A DNA stretch of 42,368 nt from a virus. The position numbers and the translations under genes were made by a program. The notes under the pieces are model-generated. The model had not been told where the DNA came from and did not search any database. It saw only the letters and a list, made by a program, of their open reading frames with translations. Positions 27,044 through 35,581 of this stretch are shown in pieces (the first letter of the stretch is position 1; every line of letters starts with the position of its first letter). The DNA is taken from the IMG/VR virus record IMGVR_UViG_3300033075_000143, positions 1 to 42,368 of that record, one strand, 5' to 3'.

Positions 27044-29157
27044 TTCACATATCTCTTCGCTTCCCACGCCGCAGCCGAGAGCGGACAGCCCTGCAACCAC
27101 GGGATATGCGACAGCATCAAACTCTTGAACGCCTCTACGCTACCGAACGATTCAGGCACTTCGGCCAGCAGCTCGTCATGGACGGTGAGGATCAGCGGAT
27201 AGCCTGCCTCTTCCGCCGCGAACATGCCGTTGACCATGACGTCGCGCGCCGTGCCCTGGACGACGTTGTTGCACTGGAGCCCGCCATAGAGGCGCTGCGG
27301 CCCCCACTGCTTCGTCACGCTGTCGACCGCATCGTATTCGATCTGGAGCTTGCGGCGGCCGTCAGGGTCCGTCTCGATCAGGCGCGGGCTCGCGTAGGCG
27401 ATGACGCGCTTCGAGGGGAGCTGACAGAAGAGGAAGCCGTTGGCGGCGATGTAGGCCGCCTTGCCGTCGTAGGCGAAATGCTTCGTGCCCGGCGAGCCGA
27501 CAGCGGCAATGGCCGCGTCCTGCAAGTCCCACCAGCCCTGTACGAGATCAGGATGCGCCGCGCGCCAGTTAGAGACGGTTACGAACAGGCCGCACCAGTC
27601 GAAGCGGTCGAGGCCGTAGGTGTTCCGCGATCCGTATTTGTCCTCGGCGGCGGCCCATTGCTCGTCGCTCACCGCCTCGCGCGCCACCCTCGCGACGTCG
27701 TGCGGCTTGATGAAATAGTTGGCCGCCATGCTGAGATAGGCGCCGACGCTGCCCTGGTAGCCGAGCGCCAATTCCTGCACCTTGCCGATCTGGCGTTGCG
27801 GCTTCGTCACCTCCGCGACCGGCGTCCCGAAGCTGCGCGAGTAGGACAGGAGATAGAGATCGGGGCCACTGCCGGCGTCGTATTCGCGGAAGGCTTGCAG
27901 CTTCCACGCCTCGCCCGATATCCAGGCGTTGAGCCGCCCTTCGATATTCGAGTAGTCGCCGCCGACGAGCCGGTTGCCGGGGCCGGCAATGAACATGGAG
28001 CGCAGCGCCTTCGACAGCGTTTCGAGCGGTTCGATCCCGAGCATTTCGAGACTGTCGACGATCTCGCGCGCCGACATGCGCGTCTCCAGAAACTCGTGCA
28101 GCGTTTCGACCCGCGGCAGATCGCGGTCGGGATCGACGCGCGGAAAGTTCTGCGGCTGCACGAGGCGGCCCGCCCACCGGCCTGGACCGGCGCCGTGATA
28201 GTTCAGCATGCCCTTGCAGCGGCCGTCGCGCGACACCGATTCTCGCATCGCCCGGTACTTGGCCGTCGATGCCTTGCCGGCGGCGCGGCGAAGCGCCACG
28301 ACTTCCTGGGCGTCGGTGTCGCCGTACAGTTCCGCGCCCGCGATCAGTTCCTCGTGCTCGCCCTTGGCGACGCTCTCGCAGGGAATGCCGCGCTTGTTCA
28401 GCCACTCGACGATCGCGCGCGTCTGCGTGACCTTCTGAACGTCGCCGTCCGTCAGATACCACATGCGTTCGTTGGCGCGCTTGATCGCCTCGTGCGCAAC
28501 GTCGCCGGCGCGCTGCACCGCCCGCTCGTCGATCAGGACGCCACGATCGTTGATGCGCTGGTCCAGTTCCCATACTCGGCGCTCTTCCGCCGACAGGCGC
28601 GGCAGGGCCTCGTCGACCGTGCATTCCGTGTCGACGTCGATCCCGCAATAGCGCGACAGGCGCTCGATATGTTCGGGGTCGCGGTCGAAGATCGGCACGC
28701 CATTGTCGAAGCCGCGCGGTCGGCACATGCGCAGCATGAGCGCATAGCCTTCCTTGTCCTTCTGAACGGGCGTGCGCAGCACCGACGCGAGCATGTCGAG
28801 CCCCTGCGGGAGCGCGAGCGCGGCGGCGCGCGCCATCGTGCAATCCTGCTGCTCGATCTTGAGGGGCGGCCAATGCGGGGCGTCGCGGCGGAGCACGAGG
28901 TTCCACGTCGTCCGCTCGAAGATGGCGTTGTGCGCCACGACCTTGCCGCCGCTCTCGACATGCGCGAGAAGGTCGAGCGGATCGTCGCCGCCCGGCCGCC
29001 AATCGCCTTCCGCGACGATCCACCTGTTCTCTTCGTCGATCAGCCTCCAGCGCAGCACGTAAATGCCGGCGTAGGGGCTCTCCGAATAGGCGTGGACGCC
29101 CGTCTTGCGAAGATCGCGGTCGTTGAACGTCTCGAAATCCAGATGCAAAACTTGCAC
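27040..29157 (-). CDS. Family A DNA polymerase with a 3'-5' exonuclease domain.
   Basis: 705 aa with a GTG start. LHLDFETF (Exo I) and ...QGTARDVM...ILTVHDELLAEV (motif C). Confidence 0.9.
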   Translation of the reverse strand: MQVLHLDFETFNDRDLRKTGVHAYSESPYAGIYVLRWRLIDEENRWIVAEGDWRPGGDDPLDLLAHVESGGKVVAHNAIFERTTWNLVLRRDAPHWPPLKIEQQDCTMARAAALALPQGLDMLASVLRTPVQKDKEGYALMLRMCRPRGFDNGVPIFDRDPEHIERLSRYCGIDVDTECTVDEALPRLSAEERRVWELDQRINDRGVLIDERAVQRAGDVAHEAIKRANERMWYLTDGDVQKVTQTRAIVEWLNKRGIPCESVAKGEHEELIAGAELYGDTDAQEVVALRRAAGKASTAKYRAMRESVSRDGRCKGMLNYHGAGPGRWAGRLVQPQNFPRVDPDRDLPRVETLHEFLETRMSAREIVDSLEMLGIEPLETLSKALRSMFIAGPGNRLVGGDYSNIEGRLNAWISGEAWKLQAFREYDAGSGPDLYLLSYSRSFGTPVAEVTKPQRQIGKVQELALGYQGSVGAYLSMAANYFIKPHDVARVAREAVSDEQWAAAEDKYGSRNTYGLDRFDWCGLFVTVSNWRAAHPDLVQGWWDLQDAAIAAVGSPGTKHFAYDGKAAYIAANGFLFCQLPSKRVIAYASPRLIETDPDGRRKLQIEYDAVDSVTKQWGPQRLYGGLQCNNVVQGTARDVMVNGMFAAEEAGYPLILTVHDELLAEVPESFGSVEAFKSLMLSHIPWLQGCPLSAAAWEAKRYVK

Positions 29158-29233
29158 GACTTGTCTCTCTTCGACATGAAGAAAACGCCTGCGCGGGCTC
29201 GTCCAAAGTCACGCAGGCGCTCCTAGCAGAGCG

Positions 29234-29257
29234 GGCGCGGCGCTTCGGCGTCGCGCC
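29234..29257. terminator. Stem-loop GGCGCGGCGC-TTCG-GCGTCGCGCC, 23/24 identical to the hairpin at 7063-7086. A TTTT tract follows on the + strand only.
   Basis: Read directly. It lies between the SSB and polymerase genes, both of which are on the - strand. Confidence 0.5.
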
Positions 29258-29264
29258 TTTTCGA

Positions 29265-29897
29265 TCAGAACAGCGAAGACGGATCGACTTCGCTGCTGAT
29301 CCCGCCGACAGCCACGCCGGCAAAGTCCTTGGTCGGGTCCGAACCGCCGCCGCCCAACTCGACGTCATCGGCGATCTTCATGATCGACTGGAGCCCGAAG
29401 CTGACGCCCTTCTTCATCTTCGCGTCGAAGGCGAAGGCGCGCAGCGTCGCCATGACCCACATGCCGGGGTAGACGCTCTTCTCTTCCACGATCGGCAGCG
29501 TCTTGGCGTCGACGACGGGCGGCTTGCGCTCGCCAGAGGCGACGATGAAAAAGCCGCCGACTTCGTAACCGGAGAATTGCACCTTCTCGTCCTGCTTGCG
29601 GAACGGCGTGTGCAGCGTCGGGCCGCCCGGCTTGCCGGCGTTCGGCCATTTCTCGATCGCGCACGCCGCCGCAGCGGCCTTGAGCACGGAGAGATCGGCG
29701 CCCACGGGAAAGAGCAGCGTCGCCGTGAACTTCTCCTTGCCGCCGGCCTCCATCGGGGGCTGCGGCTTGAAGAGGTGCGGGAACGACAGGCGCGCGATGC
29801 ACGTCCTGATATTGCCGCTCTCCAGCTTCGTGCATGGATATGCGGTGAGCAGGCTTTGCACCCATTCGGGGCTCATGTTGGTCGTCTTCTCGGTCAT
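29265..29897 (-). CDS. ssDNA-binding protein, DUF2815 / T7 gp2.5-like.
   Basis: 210 aa. ARLSFPHLFKPQ...KFTATLLFP, plus an acidic C-terminal tail ending ...DPSSLF. Confidence 0.75.
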   Translation of the reverse strand: MTEKTTNMSPEWVQSLLTAYPCTKLESGNIRTCIARLSFPHLFKPQPPMEAGGKEKFTATLLFPVGADLSVLKAAAAACAIEKWPNAGKPGGPTLHTPFRKQDEKVQFSGYEVGGFFIVASGERKPPVVDAKTLPIVEEKSVYPGMWVMATLRAFAFDAKMKKGVSFGLQSIMKIADDVELGGGGSDPTKDFAGVAVGGISSEVDPSSLF

Positions 29898-29934
29898 CTG
29901 TTCTCTCCGTATCTGTGCATCGGTACTCGGTACA

Positions 29935-31200
29935 TTACGCCGCGGGAAGTTTCACCGACGCGTAGTCGGTCGCGACAGCGTTCACGGCAGGCCGCTTGTC
30001 GCTGGCAGGGGCGATACGCACGCCCGAGCTTTCCTTGATCGTGTATTTGAGCGAGAAGGCTTCCTTCGCCTTCCGCAATTCGTCCTTGTCCTTCACGCGG
30101 GCCGCCAGTTTGCGCTCGATCTCCGTGATCGTGGCGAGCTTGCGCGGGCGAATCTCGTCTTCGGCAATGTCGTAGAGAAGGCCGAACTCCGACACCAACT
30201 CGTCTTCGTCGCCGTTGAACTTGCGACGGCTGTCCTTCTCGACGAGTTTGTAGCCAGGAATGCCGATCCCGTTCTCAAGGCATTCGAGCGCGAACTGGCG
30301 CACCTGCCCGAACCATTCTTCGAGAATGTCCGCGCCGAGCAGGATGCGGCTGATCTGCATGAGCCCGAGATCGCGCGGCGGCGGCAGGAGCTTCGGCGTG
30401 TCGATCGCGCCGACGCTCTCGAACTCCAGTTTGGCGGCCTTGAGGCCCTGCTGCTCGCGCTCGACGCAGATCGCGGCGGCCGGGCAGAACTGGCAATGCG
30501 GGCCTGCATGACGCGGCGCGTCGGGCTGCTTCGCCGCCGCGATCCCCGCCTCCAGTTCGGCCGAGAAGTCGAGCAGTTCGAGCGGGTCCATGAGCCATTG
30601 CTTGACCGCGCCGGCCTCCGATACGTTTCGCGCGCGAGGCTGGACGATGAAAATCTCGACCGCCTCGATCGGCCAGTCCGAATGCGCGAAGGCGGCGCCC
30701 ACGGCGTAGAACTTGGCCTGCGTGTTGTTCGTCGCGTCGACGGCGACGCCCGCGCCGTGCTTGTAGTCGAAGATCGCGAGGCGCTTGCGGCTCGGCGAGT
30801 AGACCAGCGCGTCGTTGGTGCCGAACACTTCGTCCTTGTCGGCCGTCGCGATCTCCAGGGAGAAACGCTGCTCGACGAAAAGCTCGGCGGAGGGATCGGC
30901 GTCGAACTCCGCCCACACGGCGGAGAGATAGACGTCGACGGCCTCGACCATTTCGTGACTGATCTGGCCTCGCGCGCCGTCGAGCAGATAGGCGGCGTCA
31001 GAGTTGGTGTAGCCAGCGGCCGTGCGAACGCCGTCCTTGAGGCATTGCTCGGCGAGCGCGTGGGCGATCTTTCCCTCCTGCGCGTAGCTGGAGGTGGGGC
31101 GTGGCGGAACGGTGTCCGCCAGCGCCACCGATCCGGGGCAGCGGAGCCATCGCGACGCGACGGACCCGCCGAAACGTGAATGGCTCCGCTGCTCGGTCAT
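29935..31200 (-). CDS. PD-(D/E)XK nuclease, DUF2800 (Cas4-like Cys cluster).
   Basis: 421 aa. SRFGGSVASRWLRCPGS, FDYKHGAGVAV...NTQAKFYAVGA, HCQFCPAAAIC. Confidence 0.8.
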   Translation of the reverse strand: MTEQRSHSRFGGSVASRWLRCPGSVALADTVPPRPTSSYAQEGKIAHALAEQCLKDGVRTAAGYTNSDAAYLLDGARGQISHEMVEAVDVYLSAVWAEFDADPSAELFVEQRFSLEIATADKDEVFGTNDALVYSPSRKRLAIFDYKHGAGVAVDATNNTQAKFYAVGAAFAHSDWPIEAVEIFIVQPRARNVSEAGAVKQWLMDPLELLDFSAELEAGIAAAKQPDAPRHAGPHCQFCPAAAICVEREQQGLKAAKLEFESVGAIDTPKLLPPPRDLGLMQISRILLGADILEEWFGQVRQFALECLENGIGIPGYKLVEKDSRRKFNGDEDELVSEFGLLYDIAEDEIRPRKLATITEIERKLAARVKDKDELRKAKEAFSLKYTIKESSGVRIAPASDKRPAVNAVATDYASVKLPAA

Positions 31201-31204
31201 GATC

Positions 31205-31714
31205 TTAACCCTTCAACGCTTCGTCGAGCTTCGCGTGGACCGCGCCGTACAGGCTCTCGGGCAGGCCCGTGAGCGCCTTGTGCGCGCCGCCGGTCGCGTC
31301 GAGAATGGCCTTCTGCGCCACGCCCGCGCTCTTGGCCTTGAGCACTTCCGTCAGCTTCGACTTCATCTGGTCCAGGCTGAACGCGGCCGCAGACGCCGCA
31401 GCCTGCGCGGGAGCTTGCGTTCCGGAAGCCGCAGGCGGGGCAGATGCAGCGGGGGCTTCCGTCGTCGGGGCGGAGCCAGCCGGGGCCGTCGTAGCGGCTT
31501 CGCCGCCCGCGAAAGGGTCGACCGCAGCGGGAGCAGCCGGCTCGGGCTTCGGCTCTTCGGCCTTCTTCGTCGCGCGGCCCGCCTTCGGCGCCGTTGTCGG
31601 TTCGGCAGCGACGCCGCCAACCGGGACGGTCACGCCGACCAGCCCGAAAAGCTCTTTGCCGAGCGCCACGGCCTCGGCCGCGGTGTCGGCGGAAATCTCG
31701 ATCTTCACACCCAT
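31205..31714 (-). CDS. Hypothetical protein with a long Ala/Pro/Thr linker.
   Basis: 169 aa ORF in the replication module. Confidence 0.5.
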   Translation of the reverse strand: MGVKIEISADTAAEAVALGKELFGLVGVTVPVGGVAAEPTTAPKAGRATKKAEEPKPEPAAPAAVDPFAGGEAATTAPAGSAPTTEAPAASAPPAASGTQAPAQAAASAAAFSLDQMKSKLTEVLKAKSAGVAQKAILDATGGAHKALTGLPESLYGAVHAKLDEALKG

Positions 31715-31718
31715 CGGT

Positions 31719-31976
31719 TCAATCCTTCCAAGTTGCGGCTTTGACGGCCCACATCTGCGCGCCCTGCGCTTCGGTGATCGCGACGGAGGCCATGCGCTTC
31801 ACCTCGGGCGAGGTGGCGCGCAGGCGCAGCGCGTTCATTTCGTCGATCGCGACGGCGAACTGCGACTTGATGGCGTTCACGAGCGGATCGCCGCTCGGGT
31901 TAAAGGAAAGGCCGACTGCCTTTTCTCCGAACGTCATCGGCCTACCGTTTGGGTTGTCCATGTTAAAAAGCTCCAT
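31719..31976 (-). CDS. Small two-helix protein, possibly an Acb2/Tad1-hairpin-type nucleotide sponge.
   Basis: 85 aa. Motifs LSFNPSGDPLVNAIK and AITEAQGAQMWAVKAATW. The family assignment is from memory only. Confidence 0.4.
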   Translation of the reverse strand: MELFNMDNPNGRPMTFGEKAVGLSFNPSGDPLVNAIKSQFAVAIDEMNALRLRATSPEVKRMASVAITEAQGAQMWAVKAATWKD

Positions 31977-32028
31977 ATAGCAGAAGTGCTATTGCACGAC
32001 TTGTCTTACGCCTGTCGGTAGCAGATTG

Positions 32029-33351
32029 TCAAGAGCCGACGATCCGAACGATAGCAGCCGTCTTTTCGGACACCCGTTGCGTGACGCGCTGATCTATTGA
32101 ATTTGCAAGGGAAATGAAGCGCGCGCGGCAGTTGCGGGTTTGGCCGATGCGGCTGATCCGCTTGATAGCCTGCGCGTTGTCGGCGGGGCTCCACGACGAT
32201 TCGAACATGTCGAGGTGCGCCGATGCGGTGAGCGTTATGCCCGTGCCGCCTGACTTGTAGTTCAGCACGGCGCATTTGATCTTGCCGGCCTGGAAGTCCT
32301 TCACGATCTGGACGCGCTTCGTCTCCGACGTCGGGCCGTTCAGCAGCGCGCAGGGAATGCCGGCGGTTTGCAGGCAGTCCACAATTATTTCGAGCGCGCG
32401 GGTGTGGAAGCCGAATACGACCATCTGATCGAGGCCGTTCCGAAACTCTTCGACGAGCAGCGCGCCGTAGGCGGGCGCCTTCGATTCGCCGACCAGCCGG
32501 CGCAACGTGGCGATATGCGTCGAATCGAGGAACGACAGGCCGCCCTTCTCGATCGCGTCGAGGATCGCCGATTCGAGGCCGGGGTAGGTGCGCAGGAGAT
32601 CGCGGATTTCCGCCGTGTCGCCGTCAACCTCGCTCGTCGTCAGGAACACGGGCGGCAGTTCGAGCCCGACGTCGTTCATCGTGCGACGTAGGGACGCGAC
32701 GCGCAGGATTTGTTGCAGCTCCGGCACCATTTCGTCGCGCGGCTTCTGCGTCGACGAATAAGTGCCCTGGTAGCTCTTGAAGTATCGCTTGGTGAAGGCG
32801 GCGAGCGTCAGCGGCGTGTGGCCCGAGCAGCGCAGAAAGGTCCAAATATCTATCGGGTCGTTGGGGATCGGCGTGCCCGAAAGCCACCACGTCTGCGCGG
32901 CGTTGGCGACGAGGCCGTTGAGCCCCGTGCTGTCCTTCCCGAGCAGGGTTTTCGTGCGCGTCGTGTCGGCGTTCTTGAGGTAGTGGCACTCGTCGAAGAT
33001 CAGGGCGTCGATCAGATCCTCTTTCAGATAGTCGGCCCACTTCACCGCCATTTCGTAGGAGACGAGCAGGCCTTGCGCGCGGCCCTTGAGCCAGTATCCG
33101 AGATCGTGAATCGTGCGCGCCTTGACGACGCGGCGCTCCCTCATCGAAAACTTTCGCACCTCGCCGGCCCACACTTCACGCACGGCGGCCGGCGCCACCA
33201 CGACGAAACGCTCCGCGCCGCAGCGGTCGAGCGCCCCGATCGCCTGCGCGGTCTTGCCGACGCCCATTTCGTCGAAGAGGCCCGTACGTTCACGACCGGC
33301 AAGCCAGTCCGCGCCCGTCTGCTGGAAGGGGAGAAGGGGAAGTGGGCTCAA
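32029..33351 (-). CDS. SNF2/DEAD-like helicase.
   Basis: 440 aa with a TTG start. LFDEMGVGKT (motif I), IFDECHYLKN (motif II), and a C-terminal helicase domain with QAIKRISRIGQ. Confidence 0.85.
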   Translation of the reverse strand: MSPLPLLPFQQTGADWLAGRERTGLFDEMGVGKTAQAIGALDRCGAERFVVVAPAAVREVWAGEVRKFSMRERRVVKARTIHDLGYWLKGRAQGLLVSYEMAVKWADYLKEDLIDALIFDECHYLKNADTTRTKTLLGKDSTGLNGLVANAAQTWWLSGTPIPNDPIDIWTFLRCSGHTPLTLAAFTKRYFKSYQGTYSSTQKPRDEMVPELQQILRVASLRRTMNDVGLELPPVFLTTSEVDGDTAEIRDLLRTYPGLESAILDAIEKGGLSFLDSTHIATLRRLVGESKAPAYGALLVEEFRNGLDQMVVFGFHTRALEIIVDCLQTAGIPCALLNGPTSETKRVQIVKDFQAGKIKCAVLNYKSGGTGITLTASAHLDMFESSWSPADNAQAIKRISRIGQTRNCRARFISLANSIDQRVTQRVSEKTAAIVRIVGS

Positions 33352-33357
33352 AGCCGC

Positions 33358-33462
33358 TCACTTCCGCAGCCACCCCCAAAAGCAGGCGATGACGAGCGCA
33401 AACGCGAGGTAGGTGAAGAACACCCCTCGCCAGTCCGTCGAAGTGACCCATTCCGGCTGCAC
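33358..33462 (-). CDS. Possible 34-aa membrane peptide.
   Basis: GTG-started ORF VQPEWVTSTDWRGVFFTYLAFALVIACFWGWLRK with high third-position GC, filling the gap between the MTase and helicase genes. No clear RBS. Confidence 0.3.
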   Translation of the reverse strand: MQPEWVTSTDWRGVFFTYLAFALVIACFWGWLRK

Positions 33463-33471
33463 ATGGGGGTT

Positions 33472-34125
33472 TTATCGCTCTTCCTGGTTCAAGAACAGCC
33501 GGTTGTTGAAGCCGTCGCGCCGCAGCCACCGGAACACCGGGTCGGCCCCGAGCACGAGGTTTTCGGCCGTCCATACGTGCCACGCGAAATCTTCCTTGCC
33601 GCCCTTGGCGTCGAGCCCAAGCTCCACGACGTCGCCCGGCGGCATGGATGGCCGCGGCACCATGATCCACACGCGCGCCGGCTTGTTCGCCTCGAACCAC
33701 GGCGCGGCGCGATCGGAATACATGAACGTCGCCGGCAGGATCAGCGCCACCTTGTCGAAGGTGCCGGCGGCCAGTTCGGACACGAGCAATTCGACGATCT
33801 TGCGCCCCTGCGCGCGGCTGTAGGGCGGGTTGGAGAAGACCGACGCGCCGCGCAGCTTCTCGAAGTCGAGATCGAAGACGCTGGAGATCGTGACCGGGTG
33901 CTTTGCGCCGCGGTTGCGGATATCGGAGCCGAAGGCGAAATGGCCTGCGGCGGCCGCGGCGTCGAGCACGCGGCCCATTCCGCAGTGCGGGTCGTAGACC
34001 ATACCGCCCGGCACGTCTTCGACGTCGAAGATGCGCTTGTCGCACCACGTTTCTTCGACGTACCAGTTGTCGGAGTGGCGCGGCCACACTTGCGCGTTCG
34101 AGGGGCGCGGGGCTTCGGCGTTCAA
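33472..34125 (-). CDS. N6-adenine DNA methyltransferase (orphan).
   Basis: VYDPHCGMGRVL (motif I) followed by FSNPPYS (motif IV). Probable TTG start overlapping the upstream stop (TTGA). The rest of the 349-aa track ORF is Arg-rich off-frame text. Confidence 0.75.
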   Translation of the reverse strand: MNAEAPRPSNAQVWPRHSDNWYVEETWCDKRIFDVEDVPGGMVYDPHCGMGRVLDAAAAAGHFAFGSDIRNRGAKHPVTISSVFDLDFEKLRGASVFSNPPYSRAQGRKIVELLVSELAAGTFDKVALILPATFMYSDRAAPWFEANKPARVWIMVPRPSMPPGDVVELGLDAKGGKEDFAWHVWTAENLVLGADPVFRWLRRDGFNNRLFLNQEER

Positions 34126-34484
34126 AACGCGCTCCCGTCGTCTTCCGGGGGTCGCAGGCTGTCGATATGCGTGCCGCAGTGCTTGCACACTTTCGGGTTG
34201 TAGTCCGACGCGACGTGGCCGGGGCAGTCGTCCTCGGATATCGGCGGGTCGCCGACATCGAGCATGACAGGCGGGTGCCCGGTCCCGAGAACGCGAAGGA
34301 TGATCGGAGCCCCTGCGACGATGCGCGCGATCTCGTGCGGCGTGGGCTCCCACGCCGTTTCCATCGCAGGGGTTTCCGGACCGCCTACGGAGCAGTGGAT
34401 TGTGACGTCGCGGACCGGGAGCCCGAGGTAGCCTTGAGACTTGCCAAGCACGCGCGTCGCGCCGGGGATGCGACCGATAATCAC
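34122..34484 (-). CDS. Conserved-looking hypothetical phage protein (120 aa).
   Basis: GTG start in a GTGA overlap. ...GYLGLPVRDV...METAWEPTPHEIARIVAGAPIILRVLGTGHPPVML... Confidence 0.5.
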   Translation of the reverse strand: MIIGRIPGATRVLGKSQGYLGLPVRDVTIHCSVGGPETPAMETAWEPTPHEIARIVAGAPIILRVLGTGHPPVMLDVGDPPISEDDCPGHVASDYNPKVCKHCGTHIDSLRPPEDDGSAF

Positions 34485-34684
34485 TTCCGTTCCCCCGTCG
34501 CGGTCCAACTGTCGAGCACACGCAGCGCCCGTTCGGCCTCCCCGCCCTGCTCCGCGGCCGTCAGCGGCGCCGGGCAGTCCGTGTCGTGGTCGTAGTAGGT
34601 AGAGTGTGTCGCGGGGCTCCAGAGCAGCGCGCCGCCGCAATCGGGGCAGCGCGGTTTCAGCAGCGGTTCAGCAGAGGATTTCAT
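34481..34684 (-). CDS. Small zinc-ribbon-like protein (67 aa).
   Basis: CPDCGG...DHDTDCP. ATGA overlap start. Confidence 0.5.
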   Translation of the reverse strand: MKSSAEPLLKPRCPDCGGALLWSPATHSTYYDHDTDCPAPLTAAEQGGEAERALRVLDSWTATGERK

Positions 34685-35001
34685 TTCGTTCGCCTCCGGT
34701 TCGAGCTTCGTTCCGTCCCTTTCGGAGCGGTCTTTGCTGAAATCCGGGGCGATTTGGGGTGTGGCGTTACGTTGGTAAGGGAGAGGCCGAGAGTTCGATC
34801 CTCTCTCGCAGCACCACGCTTCGCCCCGAAAATGTAGGGACTGCCAGATGTAGGCACTGCGCCGATCCGCCGCAGATCGGCGCGGTTCAGTTGTATTTCA
34901 GCAGAGATAAGCGGCTTCTCACACCTGAGAGCCAGCTCAGTAATGATGAAGTCCGTTGCGAGCGCGACGTCGGCCAGATAGTCGGCGTCATTAGCGTTCA
35001 T
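34681..35001 (-). CDS. Hypothetical protein. The ORF runs antisense across the tRNA fragment.
   Basis: ATG 35001 has GGAGG 5 nt upstream and an ATGA overlap with the next gene. The C-terminal two thirds is low-complexity and may not be genuine coding. Confidence 0.35.
   Translation of the reverse strand: MNANDADYLADVALATDFIITELALRCEKPLISAEIQLNRADLRRIGAVPTSGSPYIFGAKRGAAREDRTLGLSLTNVTPHPKSPRISAKTAPKGTERSSNRRRTK
34772..34816 (+). pseudogene. 3' half of a tRNA-Thr(GGU)-like gene: anticodon loop TTGGTAA, 3' anticodon stem, variable loop, full T-arm GAGAG-TTCGATC-CTCTC, acceptor 3' strand TCGCAGC, and ACCA.
   Basis: Read directly. The upstream 35 nt cannot form a D-arm or the 5' anticodon stem. 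Confidence 0.6.
34832..34860. repeat. Direct repeat ATGTAGGNACTGC x2, separated by 3 nt and lying 16 nt after the tRNA fragment.
   Basis: Read directly. Confidence 0.8.
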
Positions 35002-35002
35002 G

Positions 35003-35215
35003 TCAGCCTCCATACCTATTCAAAAAATAAGGAAGGGAGTTTAAAACGTCCGCAAAAGACGTTGCATCTCGCTGTGATCTTCCAACTCCATCAAGCTGAT
35101 CTGCAATTCTCTTTAAACTGATCGCGATAGAAAGGGCTGCGCATTCCATCGGAGTTTGCACATCTTTGCATTCAGGTTCTAGTTTCCCTTCAAGGGGATG
35201 TGGAACATCGCTCAT
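35003..35215 (-). CDS. Hypothetical protein (70 aa).
   Basis: ATG 35215 has GGAG 8 nt upstream. Lies in a low-GC region. Confidence 0.45.
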   Translation of the reverse strand: MSDVPHPLEGKLEPECKDVQTPMECAALSIAISLKRIADQLDGVGRSQRDATSFADVLNSLPYFLNRYGG

Positions 35216-35230
35216 TTGTTGGCTCCGCGA

Positions 35231-35261
35231 TAAAAAGGAGAAGGGGCGCTCAAAGCGCCCC
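35231..35261 (-). terminator. Intrinsic terminator on the - strand: GGGGCGC-TTTGA-GCGCCCC followed by TTCTCCTTTTTATC.
   Basis: 7-bp GC stem plus a T-tract. The stop codon of the upstream ORF sits in the loop. Confidence 0.55.
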
Positions 35262-35579
35262 CGTTCCAAAATTCCAAAGGCATTTCCAGCATCCGCGCGG
35301 TCCAACCGAAATCAGCCAACGCTCATCGTTTGCCCGAATGCAAACGATATTGACGCTCTTCGCGATCGGGAAACGAGCGTTCGAGGTAGAAGCCTCCGAT
35401 TTCCCACTCGCGCATCGCTTGTAAGTCCGCCGGATATAATCTTCGACGTCTTCCGACTTGTAGCACACCCCTGAGAGGAAGGCGTAATGCGTGAGCAGCG
35501 ACTTTTTGCGCGCGCGACGGAGTTCCGCCGCGTCGAGCATGGGCCATTGGCTCAGCACTTCGCCTTCCGCGAGGTACAC
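35250..35579 (-). CDS. Putative DNA-binding protein, excisionase/HTH_17-like N-terminus.
   Basis: The pattern ...LSQWPMLDAAELRRARKKSLLTHYAF.SGVCYKSEDVEDYIRR resembles MerR/Xis-type HTH proteins. Weak call. Confidence 0.35.
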   Translation of the reverse strand: MYLAEGEVLSQWPMLDAAELRRARKKSLLTHYAFLSGVCYKSEDVEDYIRRTYKRCASGKSEASTSNARFPIAKSVNIVCIRANDERWLISVGPRGCWKCLWNFGTGAL

Positions 35580-35581
35580 GT

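Noticed and set aside
27106-29226. 706-aa + strand ORF and 599-aa - strand ORF (27569..29368) overlapping the DNA polymerase gene.
   Set aside because: The polymerase frame carries the Exo I and motif C signatures. The others are low-complexity Arg-rich translations with no motifs.
31712-31730. GGTTCAATCC T-loop-like string.
   Set aside because: The flanking bases (ATCGG / CTTCC) do not pair and no cloverleaf can be drawn. It lies at a gene junction.
34735-34816. A complete tRNA gene.
   Set aside because: Only the 3' 45 nt fit a cloverleaf. The putative acceptor 5' strand pairs at 5 of 7 positions, and no D-arm or 5' anticodon stem can be drawn.
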